NCBI GenBank assembly: GCA_002633005.1
Contig: NMRA01000137.1
Span: forward strand, 1 to 64,000
Direction: 5' to 3'
Length of the DNA: 64,000 nucleotides
Source of the DNA: Phoronis australis
Lineage: Eukaryota > Animalia > Phoronida
Shown here: piece by piece, positions 36,301-51,300 of the stretch
How the letters are laid out: each line of letters opens with the position of its first letter
Numbering within the stretch: position 1 is the stretch's first letter
Notes under the pieces: generated by a model
What the model was told of the DNA's origin: nothing
The model's input: only the letters and a program-made list of their open reading frames with translations
Database searches by the model: none
Translations under genes and position numbers: made by a program

Positions 36301-39300
36301 AAAGTAATCAGAAGAAAAAATGTCATGTCCCGTCACAACAGCTAATTCAGTGAACACCAAAAATGGCAGGTAATAGTTATTATGGGACCAAATCTCTAAT
36401 TCTAGAATGATTTATTCACCATAAATCCCCCTTCATTCTCCATCATGAGGGAAGATTACTCTGATGATGTATTTGGTTTCAGCCCAGCCATCATAATGGA
36501 GAATTCCAGGTCATTTTGTCTGAATACTTTTTGACTTTACTGTACGGTAATGCTACGGTAACACATTCTTAGATGCATTCCATAGACCCAAGAATCTCGC
36601 TAAAAGCGGGATCATGCAAGACCACGGTCTGTGAGATTAGAACACTGAATTATGGGATGCAATTCACCGTTTCTGTTCTCTGTTCGACAACTGAAGACAT
36701 TTCGCATCAAGTGCACGGATAATGTCTTGGGTCTATGGAACGTAGCCCTCTTCAACGTACCTGTGGGTATACACCCTGTACGTGATAGATGTCAGCAGCT
36801 GTCTGGTAGTCACCACTGTCAATACACTGACGTGTCAGCTTAATCAAGTTCACATGCTCAGGCCAGTTCTGAAGAAAAGTGGGACTATGGTTGTACACAT
36901 TTCAAATACCATACGCCTCGGCTGCCTCAAAGGCCAAGGCAAGCCCCAAACACTAAAGTTCAACTCTTTTATTGTTAGAAACCCAGCCCTTTACGCACTG
37001 ACCTGCACATTTTCACAAGAATTGCCGATCGCTAAAGCCCATGTTATTATGAATGCTGATGTAAGTTCTTTTTGTGTGGAGCAAGGAAATTATCACATTT
37101 ATTTAGCAAAGACTCAGATAGTTACCTAGTTTTTGAAGCATGGGAGATAATTGGCCTGTGTCTCACCACTATCACAAGTCAAGATTGGCATCTGCATTCG
37201 AAAAATTGCTCTTCTCACTGAACAGTGATTTTGTGATGCAGTTTTCATTTTAAAAACCACCTTTCTAAAATGTTTATTGTTCTTGTAACCATAGTTTGTT
37301 GTTACAGATCAAAGTGTGTACAGTTAGTTCGGGGATGGAGCATTACAACGTCACATGACAGGTTCAATAGAAATGGTTGGACTGTATTATGTTTTAATAC
37401 GTCTAAACGCTCTTACTTTCTCTTTATCGTCTCTAAAAACATCCCTAAAGAAAACTTAATTTATTTGTACACGTGCAATTGTTTTTCAACAAAATACAAG
37501 AAACAGATTTTCATGGTCCTCTTTAAGGTTACGTTTTAAGTATTCCTCAACAAAAAAATCATTTTCCATCAGACGGTTATTTTTCCCACGAAATCTGTGG
37601 TGATTTTTGCTAGTACTGCAATGATAACTTAGCATAATTGAATGCATTGAACATGTATTAATGACTTGCAAATTTAGGGTTTTGTTTACTTTATGGAATT
37701 TTTATTGATTTTTCCATGAATTTTTACTCATTTGTCATTTTTCACAAATTTTTCATGCACAGACGGAAATGTTTTTGTCTTTGTCCAGCTTGATCAGGTA
37801 TCCACGAGAACTGGGTATCATGATTTATGATATCAAAAGCAAATTCTGAGAGGAGATGGTTGCTCTCGAGTAAAAAAAAAATATGAAACACAGGCCAATG
37901 AATATCTCAGTGAACACCACAGGCAAAATAATATATCACTCTATGAAACCAGCACGGCGCCAGTGAATAACTCAATTTGAAACACAGACAAGCGAATACT
38001 TCAATGTAAAACAATGACAATACAATATTCTCTTAATGTATGAAACACAGGCATGTGAACTCCTCAATATAAAAAACAGTTAAAAAGTAGATACCTCAAT
38101 AATGGCACCGATCACCCTGGGTGAATAAACCGGCTGTGACATCATGCTGAGATTAGGCAGGGGAGGTAACTCCTGCTCTGACTCGTAGCAATCATCACTC
38201 CACTGAAAACAGGAAAAGCAAAGTTATGACAAGGCAGTCGCAGACAGCAATATCCCTGCCAGAGGCACCGCTACAGGGGAGCTGCATGCACACGAATGTT
38301 TCCATGCTGGAATGAGAGATAACAAAGAAATTCAGGAATTACAGTAGAGTCTCAAAATACCAATGATATGGACTTTAGCACTTCATGAGCATACTTTTCT
38401 GAAGTTCGATCAAAATCACCATTAAAATGTGGGGGGCATTGAGCACAGAAAAGAAGCTGAAGAAACCCAGTCCTACATTCTTGGCAGAATTTGGTCGAGA
38501 CAAAATTGTCCAATTGCAATTAATTTAAAATTAGTTTTTTAATCAGGTTCCACACCAAGAACGTAGAGATTGCGGCTTGACCAGGAAAGAAAACATATTA
38601 AGTTCATGCTTATGTGAATATTTTTTTTTACTATTTGAAAAATTAGTTTTTTGAGAGAAGGAAAATTGCCTTCATTTCATATAAATTAGTTTACATTGGG
38701 CCATGCAATAACATTTGTCACATGTACGTGCCATAATTCAAAACATTAAAGGAGCATGCCACCCAAAAAACAACCTAATTTGCATCAATTTAGATCGAGT
38801 AGTTCTACTCCATAACGACACGTGCGGTTGCGTTACCTGACACCTGACGGCAGACGGAGGTGTTGAAATTATCCAATNNNNNNNNNNNNNNNNNNNNNNN
38901 NNNNNNNNNNNNNNNNNNNNNNNNNNNNNNNNNNNNNNNNNNNNNNNNNNNNNNNNNNNNNNNNNNNNNNNNNNNNNNNNNNNNNNNNNNNNNNNNNNNN
39001 NNNNNNNNNNNNNNNNNNNNNNNNNNNNNNNNNNNNNNNNNNNNNNNNNNNNNNNNNNNNNNNNNNNNNNNNNNNNNNNNNNNNNNNNNNNNNNNNNNNN
39101 NNNNNNNNNNNNNNNNNNNNNNNNNNNNNNNNNNNNNNNNNNNNNNNNNNNNNNNNNNNNNNNNNNNNNNNNNNNNNNNNNNNNNNNNNNNNNNNNNNNN
39201 NNNNNNNNNNNNNNNNNNNNNNNNNNNNNNNNNNNNNNNNNNNNNNNNNNNNNNNNNNNNNNNNNNNNNNNNNNNNNNNNNNNNNNNNNNNNNNNNNNNN

Positions 39301-42300
39301 NNNNNNNNNNNNNNNNNNNNNNNNNNNNNNNNNNNNNNNNNNNNNNNNNNNNNNNNNNNNNNNNNNNNNNNNNNNNNNNNNNNNNNNNNNNNNNNNNNNN
39401 NNNNNNNNNNNNNNNNNNNNNNNNNNNNNNNNNNNNNNNNNNNNNNNNNNNNNNNNNNNATTTTGAAACAGAACGGTCAGTAATAAACGCCAACATGGCA
39501 ACTCGCAATCCCGACTTAGGACGAGCTAGAGCGGCTCATCAATCCCGACTTCGCAGGTGGATCGTTAAGTTTTACAGGCTATCAATTCGAACAGGAATAC
39601 AGTTATGAAGAAATACTAAAGAGGCGCCGTGAACAAGCTCAGACAACGGAACGTATGGAGTTATTTGGTAAGCCGGCATTCGTGAGGCACTGTCGACGTT
39701 GTCTGCAGGCCACAGACACGGAGATGTCTTACTTGCTATTTACAGTGTACATTTCATTCTTCACTACCACGAACCACTTCCTAAGCATTTCGGACTCTCG
39801 AAGAAGTGAAAAAAACACGATATACTCGCTTTCCTCGCAGCTGCTTAGTTCTGACAAGCGGGAACGATACACTGCAACGTAGCCGCATTCACTATGCATA
39901 TGAACCGCTGACGTCGCTAGTGTCGTTTCTCACCTTCCTCACAGGTTAACGCGACACCTCTTGGCAAGGTAAGGTCGACCGTACGCGAAACGATGTGGAA
40001 ATAGACCGATTAAGACGGCAAAAAAAGACTAATTAAATCGGGTGGCATTCGCCTTTAATGTGGTCACATGACACGGGTTATTGAACCAATAAGCGGGTAG
40101 AGAATGCAGATGTCGTTTTATCACAGATTTAAAATATAAGTAACTGCAAAAAAATCATCCAAATAGTACGTACTCAATTCCCAAGTAAACGTCTCCAATT
40201 TTAACCAGCAAGACAACCCTACCTACCCAGTACTCTGTTGAAGAGTCTTGGCGTCTCCTTCCATCACTACTGTGTGCTGACCCCTGGTGGCTAGCCTCTT
40301 TGAATGAGGCAAAGCCCGGCAGCAGAGTGGGCCTGGTCCGGTCCATGAGCACTTCTCGCTCGGGCATCTGGGATACACGCAGCTGCTGAGATAGGCCGTG
40401 CAAGCCCAGCTGGCCTTTGTCATTACGACCCCACGCCCACGCCTGACTGCTGTCGTCCATGGCAACAGTGAAGTTGAGGCCGCAGTCAACATGCTGCACA
40501 CTGCAGTCGGCAGGCAGGGTGACACGAATTGGCAATTTCTGGCACAAAGATGGCAAAATGAAATAAGATATATTCAAGCAATGAGTTACTGTCAATAAAA
40601 ACAGACAATCAACCAGTCAATTTTTGATATAAAATTCTGTGCTCACAGTAGTTGTTAAGCTTATTAAACACTTATTAACAACTACATAGTTGTGTCCAAC
40701 TAGAGCTTTCAAGTGCTCTATGACCAAACTCAATATGACCATACAGCATTTAATCACTCTGACCCTCATTGTCACCTGAATGACCAAAGGCCAATGATGA
40801 AATTAATACTCACTGAGTTTTGAAGTTTCTTAATTTAAAGAGGCTACAAACCTGCCTTCCGTCACAAAAAATTTGGAGCACTTACTATTATGACAAATTT
40901 AAATTTTAGTAAATTTTAAGTTAAAACTTAGACTTGTCTGAAGTCCGTTTTCAAGAAAGAGATGTTAAGTTTGACTTAAACTTTTGACTTAATTCTCATT
41001 ATCTTACCGGATGTGGAAGTTTCAAATTTTGGAAGTTGAGACAAACTTTATACTTAAGTCATAAATAAACTTAAGTCACTTACTTGGAACGGGCCCCTGG
41101 TCTCAAGCAATAAAAGACATATAAATTATTTACAAAACCAAAAATCACTTCTCATGTAAATAAGGAGAAAGTTGAAACCAAAACTTTGAAGCAGCAAGGG
41201 GTCTAAATTAAAAATTACTTTCAGTTGTCTTTCTTTAACAGAACAACAAGCGCCACTTTAAAGGGAAACTCACTGCCAAAATTGCAAAGTACACGCCAGG
41301 GTTTTGTGAAAAGCGACTTACAGCTAGAAATTGGGTTTTTCTTTTCTCATTGTTTCTGACAATTTAAAACACACTTGAGCAAGGGTGCAAAGTCTCTGAG
41401 AACATACTGCTAATTACTGAGATAATTTCTATAGACTATTTCTAGAGAGTCATTTGGTCATAACTACCTGGCTAAACCTTTTTTAAGTTCTGTCTTAAGT
41501 CACTTTCATTAGACAGATGCTAGGTTATTCATCCATACAAAATTAGTCTTAAACCATGAAAATGATCTCCAAAACCAACAACATTCACTGTGCTGGCTCG
41601 TAAGGACTATCAAAACATTATAAGTATAGACAGGTTACCCAACCTTTACCTTAGCAACAAGTAACCTTTTGACTCCATCTGATCAGAGAATCCTGTTGCC
41701 ATCGTGCCGTGGAAAATTTTTGTTAGCGTTAATCAGCTTATTTTATTATTTTTATTTTTAAGTCGTAAGTGGGTAGAAAATTCCCTTTTAAATGCCCAGG
41801 GTTTTAACCTGCAGAAATACGATGCAATAATCTGGTAAAAACGTTTTACCTGCTCCTGCCTGTGACTCAACCCCAGCTGACCTTCGGCATTACGACCCCA
41901 GGAGTAGAGCAAATTACGCGACGTGAGACAGACAGAGTGAGTCGCACCGCAAGCAACCTAAAGGGAATAGATGTACTGCATCTTCATTCTCTCAATGTGA
42001 ACCTTCATTTTATATAACTACAACAATGGGAGGCTCGTGCACGATATTACCTCACAACAGTACAGCAAGCAAATACTTTGTGGAACATTCAGCAACAAGA
42101 GGACACCTACTATGACAAATGGCCGCCACGCATCCAGTGCATTGATGTGTATTTAAACCAAGATTAAAAGCGAAGCTTTGGCCCATCTATGTACTAGTAA
42201 ACCAACATTATTAATAAATGAGCAATGGAAACGCATGTCATTGCTTTATCAAAGGTGCAGTTTGCATTACTTTATTTGACTACAATTTCCTCATTATTTT

Positions 42301-45300
42301 GGGAAATCACATATTCATCAATGAAATCATGCAGTTTAACCCAAGGCCGCAACTTGGTCACACCATTGTTAAGTTTCAAAGTCAATGATTCAACGACAAT
42401 ATCTGACTACGACCATTCAATTGAATCTATAGTGATTACAGTCCACTATGTTAAGTGATTCAGAAGTTAAAGCAACTAAAGGAACTGCGCGACCCCCAGA
42501 TGCTTAATGGTCCTGTGTTCATCATACTAAATCCTTTACCTGCGTAATTTTACCGCTCACAGAGCTGGTATCGATGAGTCTGGGCATTAGATGGTTATTT
42601 ACTTCTGGAATGGACTGCCTGCTGTGAGGGTTGGAGGGAGTGCGCGAACGTCTGCTATCATGAGCCATCAGCCGTAACATGACTGGACTACAGCCCCAAG
42701 TGTAGAGTTTGCCTGACACTGAGACTGCAAGCTGTAGAAAGAAAAACGATAAATTCACATTATTGGTAAAAATGCTCGCACAAACATCTGCTACAGGGGG
42801 TCATTAGAAGCAACATGATTTATATTCAGTACAATGTATGGAGATGAGTAGACATGACTGCAAGCTATTATTAGAAACTACAAGTGATGTTACTCATTGA
42901 ATTTACCTCACTGTGTGACTGCAAACTGTAGAAAGAAAAACGATAAATTCACATTATTGGTAAAAATGCTCGCACAAACATCTGCTACAGGGGGTCATTT
43001 GAAGCAACATGATTTATATTCAGTACAATGTATGGAGATGAGTAGACATGACTGCAAGCTATTATTAGAAACTGCAAGTGATGTTACTCATTGAATTTAC
43101 CTCACTGTGTGACTGCAAACTGTAGAAAGAAAAACGATAAATTCACATTATTGGTAAAAATGCTCGCACAAACATCTGCTACAGGGGGTCATTAGAAGCA
43201 ACATGATTTATATTCAGTACAATGTATGGAGATGAGTAGACATGACTGCAAGCTATTATTAGAAACTGCAAGAGATGTTACTCATTGAATTTACCTCACT
43301 GTGTGACTGCAAACTGTAGAAAACGAATTGAAAATAAAATTAATTCAGTGACTTTTAACACCAACCATCACAAGTAGATTTCACAAGTATACGTCTTCTA
43401 ACACGTTACGGAATGTTTGATTTAATTACTTTTAGCCTTTCTATAATAAGCTACGATGACTACTAAGAAAACGGGACAAACAACCCTGTGTCCAAAGACC
43501 CAAGTTACTGAATCAAACTTAAATGGTTTATGACTTGTTTCCAACAGGTTTGGTACTGATGCAATACACTGGACTCTTACGTTGTGAAAGAACTTTGTAG
43601 CTATCTGGACAACAGGCTCTTGGAATGACGATATCGGGCATGGCTTGTTGTGTTTCAGCGTATCACCGTGACCCAGTTGTCCAAACAGTGCACAGCCAAA
43701 TGAATACAGAACGCCCTGAAATTACACACAAAATAGAACGGGTTGTTCAAAAAGACGATACAAAATCTTTGTGAAATCGCTTAACACATGAAATGAGATC
43801 AGTGGTTACAAGCCGAGGGCCTGTTTCACTACACTGTTGTAACTTTACAATATATTTCACACACAGTCTAAGCGAAGACTCACGACCAGCCTTAAGTTAC
43901 GGCATAGCTTTCCATTTACACTTTACAAAAATATTGTTAAGTTAACAACGTTTTAATGAAATGGGTCCCATATCATTAGATAGAGATCATGTCATCAATT
44001 GTGCTTGTCAGATTAATAGTGTCAGTGACCTGAAAACTGAAGAATTAAGAACATTAAGGCTATATGGATCAGGAGTGGCAAGGGACAGGTAAGTGAGGGT
44101 GCAAATGTTTAGAACAGCTTCAACCCTTCTCTGTCTAGGCATTACAACTGCTTGAAGATGGTTGTTTGCTTTAAGGAGCCAAAACTGTCAACAGCTAACA
44201 TTACAAACGTATTTTTAGTGCCGACGTGTCAACTGAGACCAAGACAAACAACTCACTCTTGCAGATAGCACCAATGAATGGGCATAACCGGCGGACATTT
44301 TGGTGGCCATGTTGGTCTGTAGAGAAGTTATCTCCCTTGGCTTCAGCTCGTCCTCCACACAACCATGCCCTAGCTGCCCGTGGGCTCCCCAGCCCCAGCT
44401 GTAAACTCTGAAATAAACGAGCCATTATCAATGGCATGCTTTAATCATAAAATCTTTGAACTCTCTCACCACATCCCCTCCCTCTCTCTTCCAATTCCTC
44501 AGTAGATAAACTTCCTTGTCTCCTCTTAGAATTTTGCACAATCTGCAGTGTCACTGTCATGGATGTTAAAGACCATAAAAATTCAAATATGCACAAGCAA
44601 AATCCACACGTTGCTTTCTCCCCCACCCCATCACTCCTCTGCTTCTACGTGTCTCACTTTTCTCCCTAACTCCCCCGTCCCTCAATCTTTTTACCTCAGT
44701 GTTGTTCATTTCAGGTGTTTAGTATTGTCGTAGAAACAGAAATCATCCCTGACCATGGCTGGGTTCTGTAGACTCAAGAAATCACCTAGCACTAGCAGAG
44801 AAAAATCTGCAGTTACAGAATAAAAATAGTCCAATTTATGAATTCAATTTGACAATACAACACTCCTGGATCACAGACAGCTCACTTCAGAGGACACCAT
44901 TTTGTTAAGTCACCGTATTAAGGTCCCGAGCACACTCCAGAAGCACTTGCGTGATTTTGTGAGGTTTTGTTGATCTCGATTTTTCTCACAGCCAAGAAAC
45001 ACCATCTGCAGATCACTGTTTCCCAATCAGAGACGAAAATTTAAGCGTTAGAGGGCACATGGAATTTCTAAAAGACTCCCTCAGGGGATTTTTTGGTAGA
45101 GGTTCTTCCAGAGATCTCCATAACTGTACAAAATTGTAACGCGAGTCGTGGTCCAACAGTATCCATCTTTATCCAAACAAAATCGCCATTTTGGGAGTTG
45201 TCTCCCCAGACTACCTACTTGGAATCAGACATGAGCGCCATGGAGTGGTAGTGCCCACAACAGACAGCGACACACGTGCTGTCAGTTCCGTGCAGTGACT

Positions 45301-48300
45301 CAATCATCATTGGTCGATTGTAGCGGTTCCTGGTGCCCACACCCACTTGTCCAAACTTGGAACATCCCCACGAATATACCTGATGAAGAAACAAAATCAG
45401 ACATCCTGTTTAATCAATGATGAAAGCAACTACTATAACGCATAAATTTTTGTTCAGACAGAATAATACAGTATGCACTTTTGAGGAAACTTGCACAGCA
45501 GTCGAAAAATTGTAAAGTTAATGTCTCAATCACGCCATATACTAGGAAAAATGTATTATTTTGGATACGGGTGCATGGGCCTAAAGATGCGCATATGAAT
45601 ACTATACCAAAAGTTTATGGCATAATGTGTATATTTGGAGAGCATGAGTCATGAGCAACACAAAGTGACTGAGAGCTGTCAATAAAAGGCTTTTTAGACA
45701 CACTTGTACTTTCTTACGGTGAACACAAGTCAGGGGAAAAATGTTTCACTGCATTCACGTCTTTGCCTTGGACAAATCCTGACAGGTACACTAAAATAGT
45801 CAGGCACCCCAACTCCACACACATGCCTGAAGATCTCTCTTGGCTGCCATTTTATAGGCTACAGATTTTTTTCATATCATTCTTTCATATATTTGTAATC
45901 AGCTATATTGCTATTCTAGAGAATACGCACATTATAACCCATATATTGAGAGAGTGTGTACAGACAACAATGTCTTCAAACAATTTTTTGTACATATTAC
46001 ACCTTTCTCTCAATCAACGTTTGTTGAACTCTATATGATCATAACTCAGTGGTCTGAACCCTGTTGGCAAAACTGTGCACCACTGTTAATGACTCCAAAC
46101 CTGCTGGCATTTTCTTTGACGATTGCCCACTCTGGCTGTGCTCCATTAAATAATTGCTTTTGGGCATAACTCTTTAGAAGCCTGATAGACAGTAGATAGG
46201 TCCCCCGTCCGTGCTGCTGCCTCTTGACATGGTAGGCAGACAGACAACCTCCACATAACCCACTGTTACATTTCTGTTGACGGTAATGGCCTTCAGGCTT
46301 CAATTTCAGGGAGTGAATGAAGGACTACTCGAAAAAATTTCATTACGGGAATATTTGTTCAAGCAGGAACGATCGAGTTAAAGAAATCAGTGGTCTCCTA
46401 AGGCATTCCTCTATACTCAACTATACTCAAAAGATACTTATAGCAACATCACTGGTGGCTTAGTCAGTGTGAGCCACAATTTGCTGAAAAGCTTCCTGTG
46501 TACTGCAGCCTTATGGGATGACTACCAACTGTGCCAGCTGTGCTGTCCCAGTTCACACGGCTATGCTGTCTAGGTAGACTGGTTTGCGCGTTATGCTAGT
46601 AGACAATGATTACCTCTGACATGGGCGGCGCACCATAGGAGGCTGTAGGGGCTATAGCCCCCCCTTTTTCAGTACTGCGTTGCCCATGTCTGACCACTTC
46701 ACAATAAGACGTTATCTGATTTTCGTCTCTAAGGTCATTGAATAAAAGGATATAGTAATGGGCGGACTGCAGCTGAACTTTTCAACACTAGGTGGTTGGG
46801 CTTTTGTTACCTACCCCATGGTTGGTCAGCGCCACAGTGTGATGGTTACCACAAGCGATGGAGGTGACCCGGATACTGAGGGATGAAAGTAGATCAACCA
46901 GCGCAGGGTGTCCTACGTCGTCAGCCAAAATGCGGTCTCCATTACCAAGCCTGGAATTAATTGAGCAAATGAATTGTGACAAGAATAATCAACTAGAAAA
47001 ACACATTTAAATCACATAATAAGTAATGGCTACCACACATTTCCTAAACTGTCTGTCTAACCATAAAACCAAGTTTGCTGCATGAAGGAAGTAACACAAT
47101 AATGAATAACATACTTTCCGAACTGACTGTGGCCCCACATAAACAGTTCTCCACATCTGACCATACCCGTGTGACTGAGGCCACAGCTCACCGGTTGCGG
47201 CTGACACACTAAACTGCGCTGGGTCGAGCTTCTTCGAGGTGCTTCCTGTAAAACATTCGCATGCCATGAATACAAACTCCGTACACTTTTAACACATCAC
47301 TGAGGAGGTGCTTTCATGCTTGCAGAGTACTCCTATAGAGGGAGTTGCTCAAATGGGCAGGGATTACACGGCCAGAATCTGGATTATATTGGACTGTGCA
47401 CAAACGTTTTCAATATGTTCCATTTCAGTATGAAGAGTTACGAAAAAAATTTACTTCCATCATTTTCGTTACAGAATCAAAAGCGGCATAAAACAAAGAC
47501 GTAATAATTTCGAAAACAATACTGTAACAGGGTTTTGAGATTTCGTTATGAGCATTCAATACATGAACCAAAATTTGGCCAACATGTTGTTGACACCGTG
47601 CTTCTGCTATTGATGTATCCTCCTTGTTAGCTAAATTTTATTAAAAAGGTATGGTCAAGTGACTCAATTAATGGCAGACTGATAACGTGTCAAAAACTAT
47701 TTCTTCGGGCTTTCTACTTTCAGAAAATATGTACATTCAGTGACAGAGTTGAATGCAGAAGTATACACAGACTGGTCATTAAGGTCCTACTACACAGTAT
47801 TAAAGAAATCAATCAAGAATACTGAGACAATGGTCTTGTTTTGTGTAATTACAATCATTACTTCACAGATGAAAATGCACCAAAACTGGAGTTTTCAGGA
47901 ACTACGCTGCGTGGAGATTCAAAACGATCTTAAATGTTGGTGATTTGCATAATATGACAATATGGCAGAATCCAACGAAACCACTACAGTTTTAAAACTA
48001 ATTGAATTCCACACTGGGTAACCCACCTCTTTTTCTGCGTCACCAGCTGTAAGCTCTCTCATGAAGGCTAGTGGCATCTGGCCATGACCTCTGACCTTAT
48101 TCAAATGAAGGATGACTTGGAGAAAGAACTCCACAATGGATATCAAGTCTGGTTGGTTAGACTCCTGAAGCAAAACGGAATTAACTGCCTATAAGGCCAC
48201 AAGAAAGGGGGGCATTCATACACCTCTAGTATATGGCACAAACACTCAATTAGTCAGGCAAAGAGTTAACTTGTGGTTAACAGAGGTAGCAACTAGGCTA

Positions 48301-51300
48301 GAGAAGCACAAAATCGATAGCACCAGACATGCATAAGTTTGAAGAATGTGCTGGCGCCCGGCCCAGGGAAAGTGCATAAATTTCATACCAGATACTGCTG
48401 GTTGGACAAAAACGAGTTATTTTTCACCCGACCAGAAAAAACTTTGAGTGGTATGATTGGTGGCAGGTATTCATTTTCTATCAAGGAGTGGAAAAGTTTG
48501 AGACATATTTGAGTTGTTACATGACAGGATTCGTAATTTGTGTTTAAATGGTTAAGTGCAGTTACTGTAGAAAAGTCTCTATAACCCTGACTCAGTACAT
48601 TCATTTATAAACCTGTGTTCTATCAGCAACTTTTGCTTTAGAGCACTTACAGCTATAAAAACAGTCTCAATTTTTATTTTGATGGGATGTGATTTCTGGG
48701 TTTACAAAGAGCTGTAGGGGCGTTACTCCTAAAGACTTTGCTCAGTGCATAAAATGACATGCAGTGACTAGCCAACTAGATTTCTAGTCTGGTCTCAAGA
48801 AATGCCATACTGTTAGTTCAATGCAAGGCCTGAAATCACATCAAATTTAACTAAGAAACAATTTAAGACTAATTTCGCAATCCATTTTTGGTGAAAAGTC
48901 TAAATCATGTTCTGTATCCACCACGAGTTAACCTACGGTCCATAATCCTTGGATATGTAAACTGTCCACAAAAACATTGGCTCTCTTCTGAATTCTCTGC
49001 ATAAGCCAGGTTGTTCATTTTGCGAGGGAAAAACATCATCATACCTCTTTGTCAGCCTTGGAGGAAGCTACACTCTGTGCACTGAATGAGTTGAGAGATG
49101 AAAGACTACTAGCCCTGAAAAGAAATGTAGGCAAATTTAAAAGCTCCATTTGTTCAGTACAGTGGTTATGGTAATAAACTCACTTCCAACCAAAAATGCT
49201 TTAGACTTACGCAATTCTACTACTACTTTTCAAAACCATAGTTTGGGTTTCAATTGTGATTCCCTAATCAATTCCAATTCAGCACATTCTTAGACCCAAG
49301 CTAATCCTTGCTTTAATTTTATTTATTATTATGCTAACTTGGTGTTCTGTTTTTTTTTTGATTGATTATATGTGCACTGGGCCAAATTCCGGAGCATCTT
49401 TACATAAAGGCGCGAGTGCACATGTGCAGTAAAGACAAAGATCATGGATCATGCATATTTTCAGGACTACATGCATGTGCATACATACACAATTGTGTAT
49501 GCTTACCCCAGGCTAGTGGTGACCAAACAATTAGTCAAGACCAAAATGTGACTTATCTGTGACTAAATATTTTTAGTCATGACTAGAACGCGACTGGGAT
49601 TTCTAGGAATAGTAAAAACTGCAGCCTCACATAATGCGACTGAATTGTGACATAAATCTTTTTATGTCTGGGTGTGATTTTTACCGTTAACCGTGGATTG
49701 TTCACTCGAGTATTATGGTTATGCATGACTACAAAAATGTCAGACTCTAAGTTTGGCTAAGTTTGAAACAAATGTCTCAAAAAAGGCCGATCGGATTCTT
49801 AAGAAACGTTCCAATACTGTTCTCCACTACATTGTTAGGAATTGTTTTAAACATGTTTCAATTTTGTAAGAGGGCCTATCAAAGTCAGATTTTTTATGAT
49901 CATCATGAAAAAATTTAAAGTTGTTTAAAACGAAAATGAAATCTGATAATTTGAAAAACTGTAGCATTTTTGAGATTTCAGCAAGAACATTTATATCAAA
50001 TGAAACTTGGCAAATAAATGTTACATGACCTAGTTGATGGCAGATCGATAAAACACCAAAAATCAAATTTTACAGGTTTTCCACTTTCAGAAAGTATAGT
50101 TTTATTGTAGATATTTGACTCAATACAGACTTGTAAATGAGGTCCTATACAACCTTAACTGATGTTCTGTTGACTGGTAGAATACTTATTAATGAAAATT
50201 CCAATGACACAAGCAAAACATTCATGACGCTAATCAAGGTATCTTTCATGTGTTGACAGTGTGTTACAATTAGAATGCAGTGACCATGCAATTCAAATGT
50301 TTCCAGACAAAAATCATGTATACAAAACAGTTGGCTAAATAACAGTCTATACTAATACAAATTTACTACCTTGCACTGTTTCATGATGATTTTCCAAAAG
50401 CCTTTAATCAGTCTGACTAAACATTACCTGCTTCTGCGTTTGGCCCGAGACAGAAAGGCTCGCATGACTGGCTTGGAGGGGTCAAACATGTGCGCCACCT
50501 GCAGGAGCATCCCCTCATCAAGTTCCATCAGAAGGTCTTTCAGCATAACCACATAAAGTAGAGCAAGGCTGGGCTTGGACAGGAGGAACTCGACCAAGTC
50601 CGTCGAAGACATGCAACGTAAAATAGCACCTGCAACGACAACTGACCACTGATGTACGTGTAATTAACATTTCTCAATTGTTAGCAAACAGTAATTTCCT
50701 TTGTGTGATGCTCCAGATGAGATGTACCTAAAGTAGACTCTTGACTCGGGCTGCATACCGTTAAGAATTCTCAATACCATTCAATATCAATATTTCTCTT
50801 GACACCATAACTTAACAGAATTTTCCTAAACAACAACAGATATAAAAAGTGAATAAAATAAATGAAGGAAAGATAACCCTGCGTGTTCACTAATCACCTA
50901 TTGTGGAAAATTAGAGACGAGGCCGCAAAGACATGCCAGTAAGATGCATTTTTTTGATGTACTGTGGGACACTCCTAAGCTTTTAAAACAAGCTGAATGT
51001 CACTTCCGAAGCCAATTTATTTTGAAGAAATAATGACTGTTCTTTTATTACCGCACTACACAGTCATGAACCTGGATTTTCTCAAGACTTATAAGAAAAC
51101 CGGTGCTTTTGCTATAGGCATTATATGACTATTTCCTCGATAACAGTTAAGTAAAGGTGAGCAGTCCAAGTCTTGAAAGTAGAAATGATAGGCGAGCATC
51201 TCCAAGTGGAACTAGCAGCGTAACTAGTTATGAATCTGTGATTATTTAGCCATCGTGACGTAGTGACAATAGTAATATTTAGTGGAATGTACATACTGTA

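Noticed and set aside
38738-39508. Long ORFs of X residues
   Set aside because: Artefacts of the N gap.
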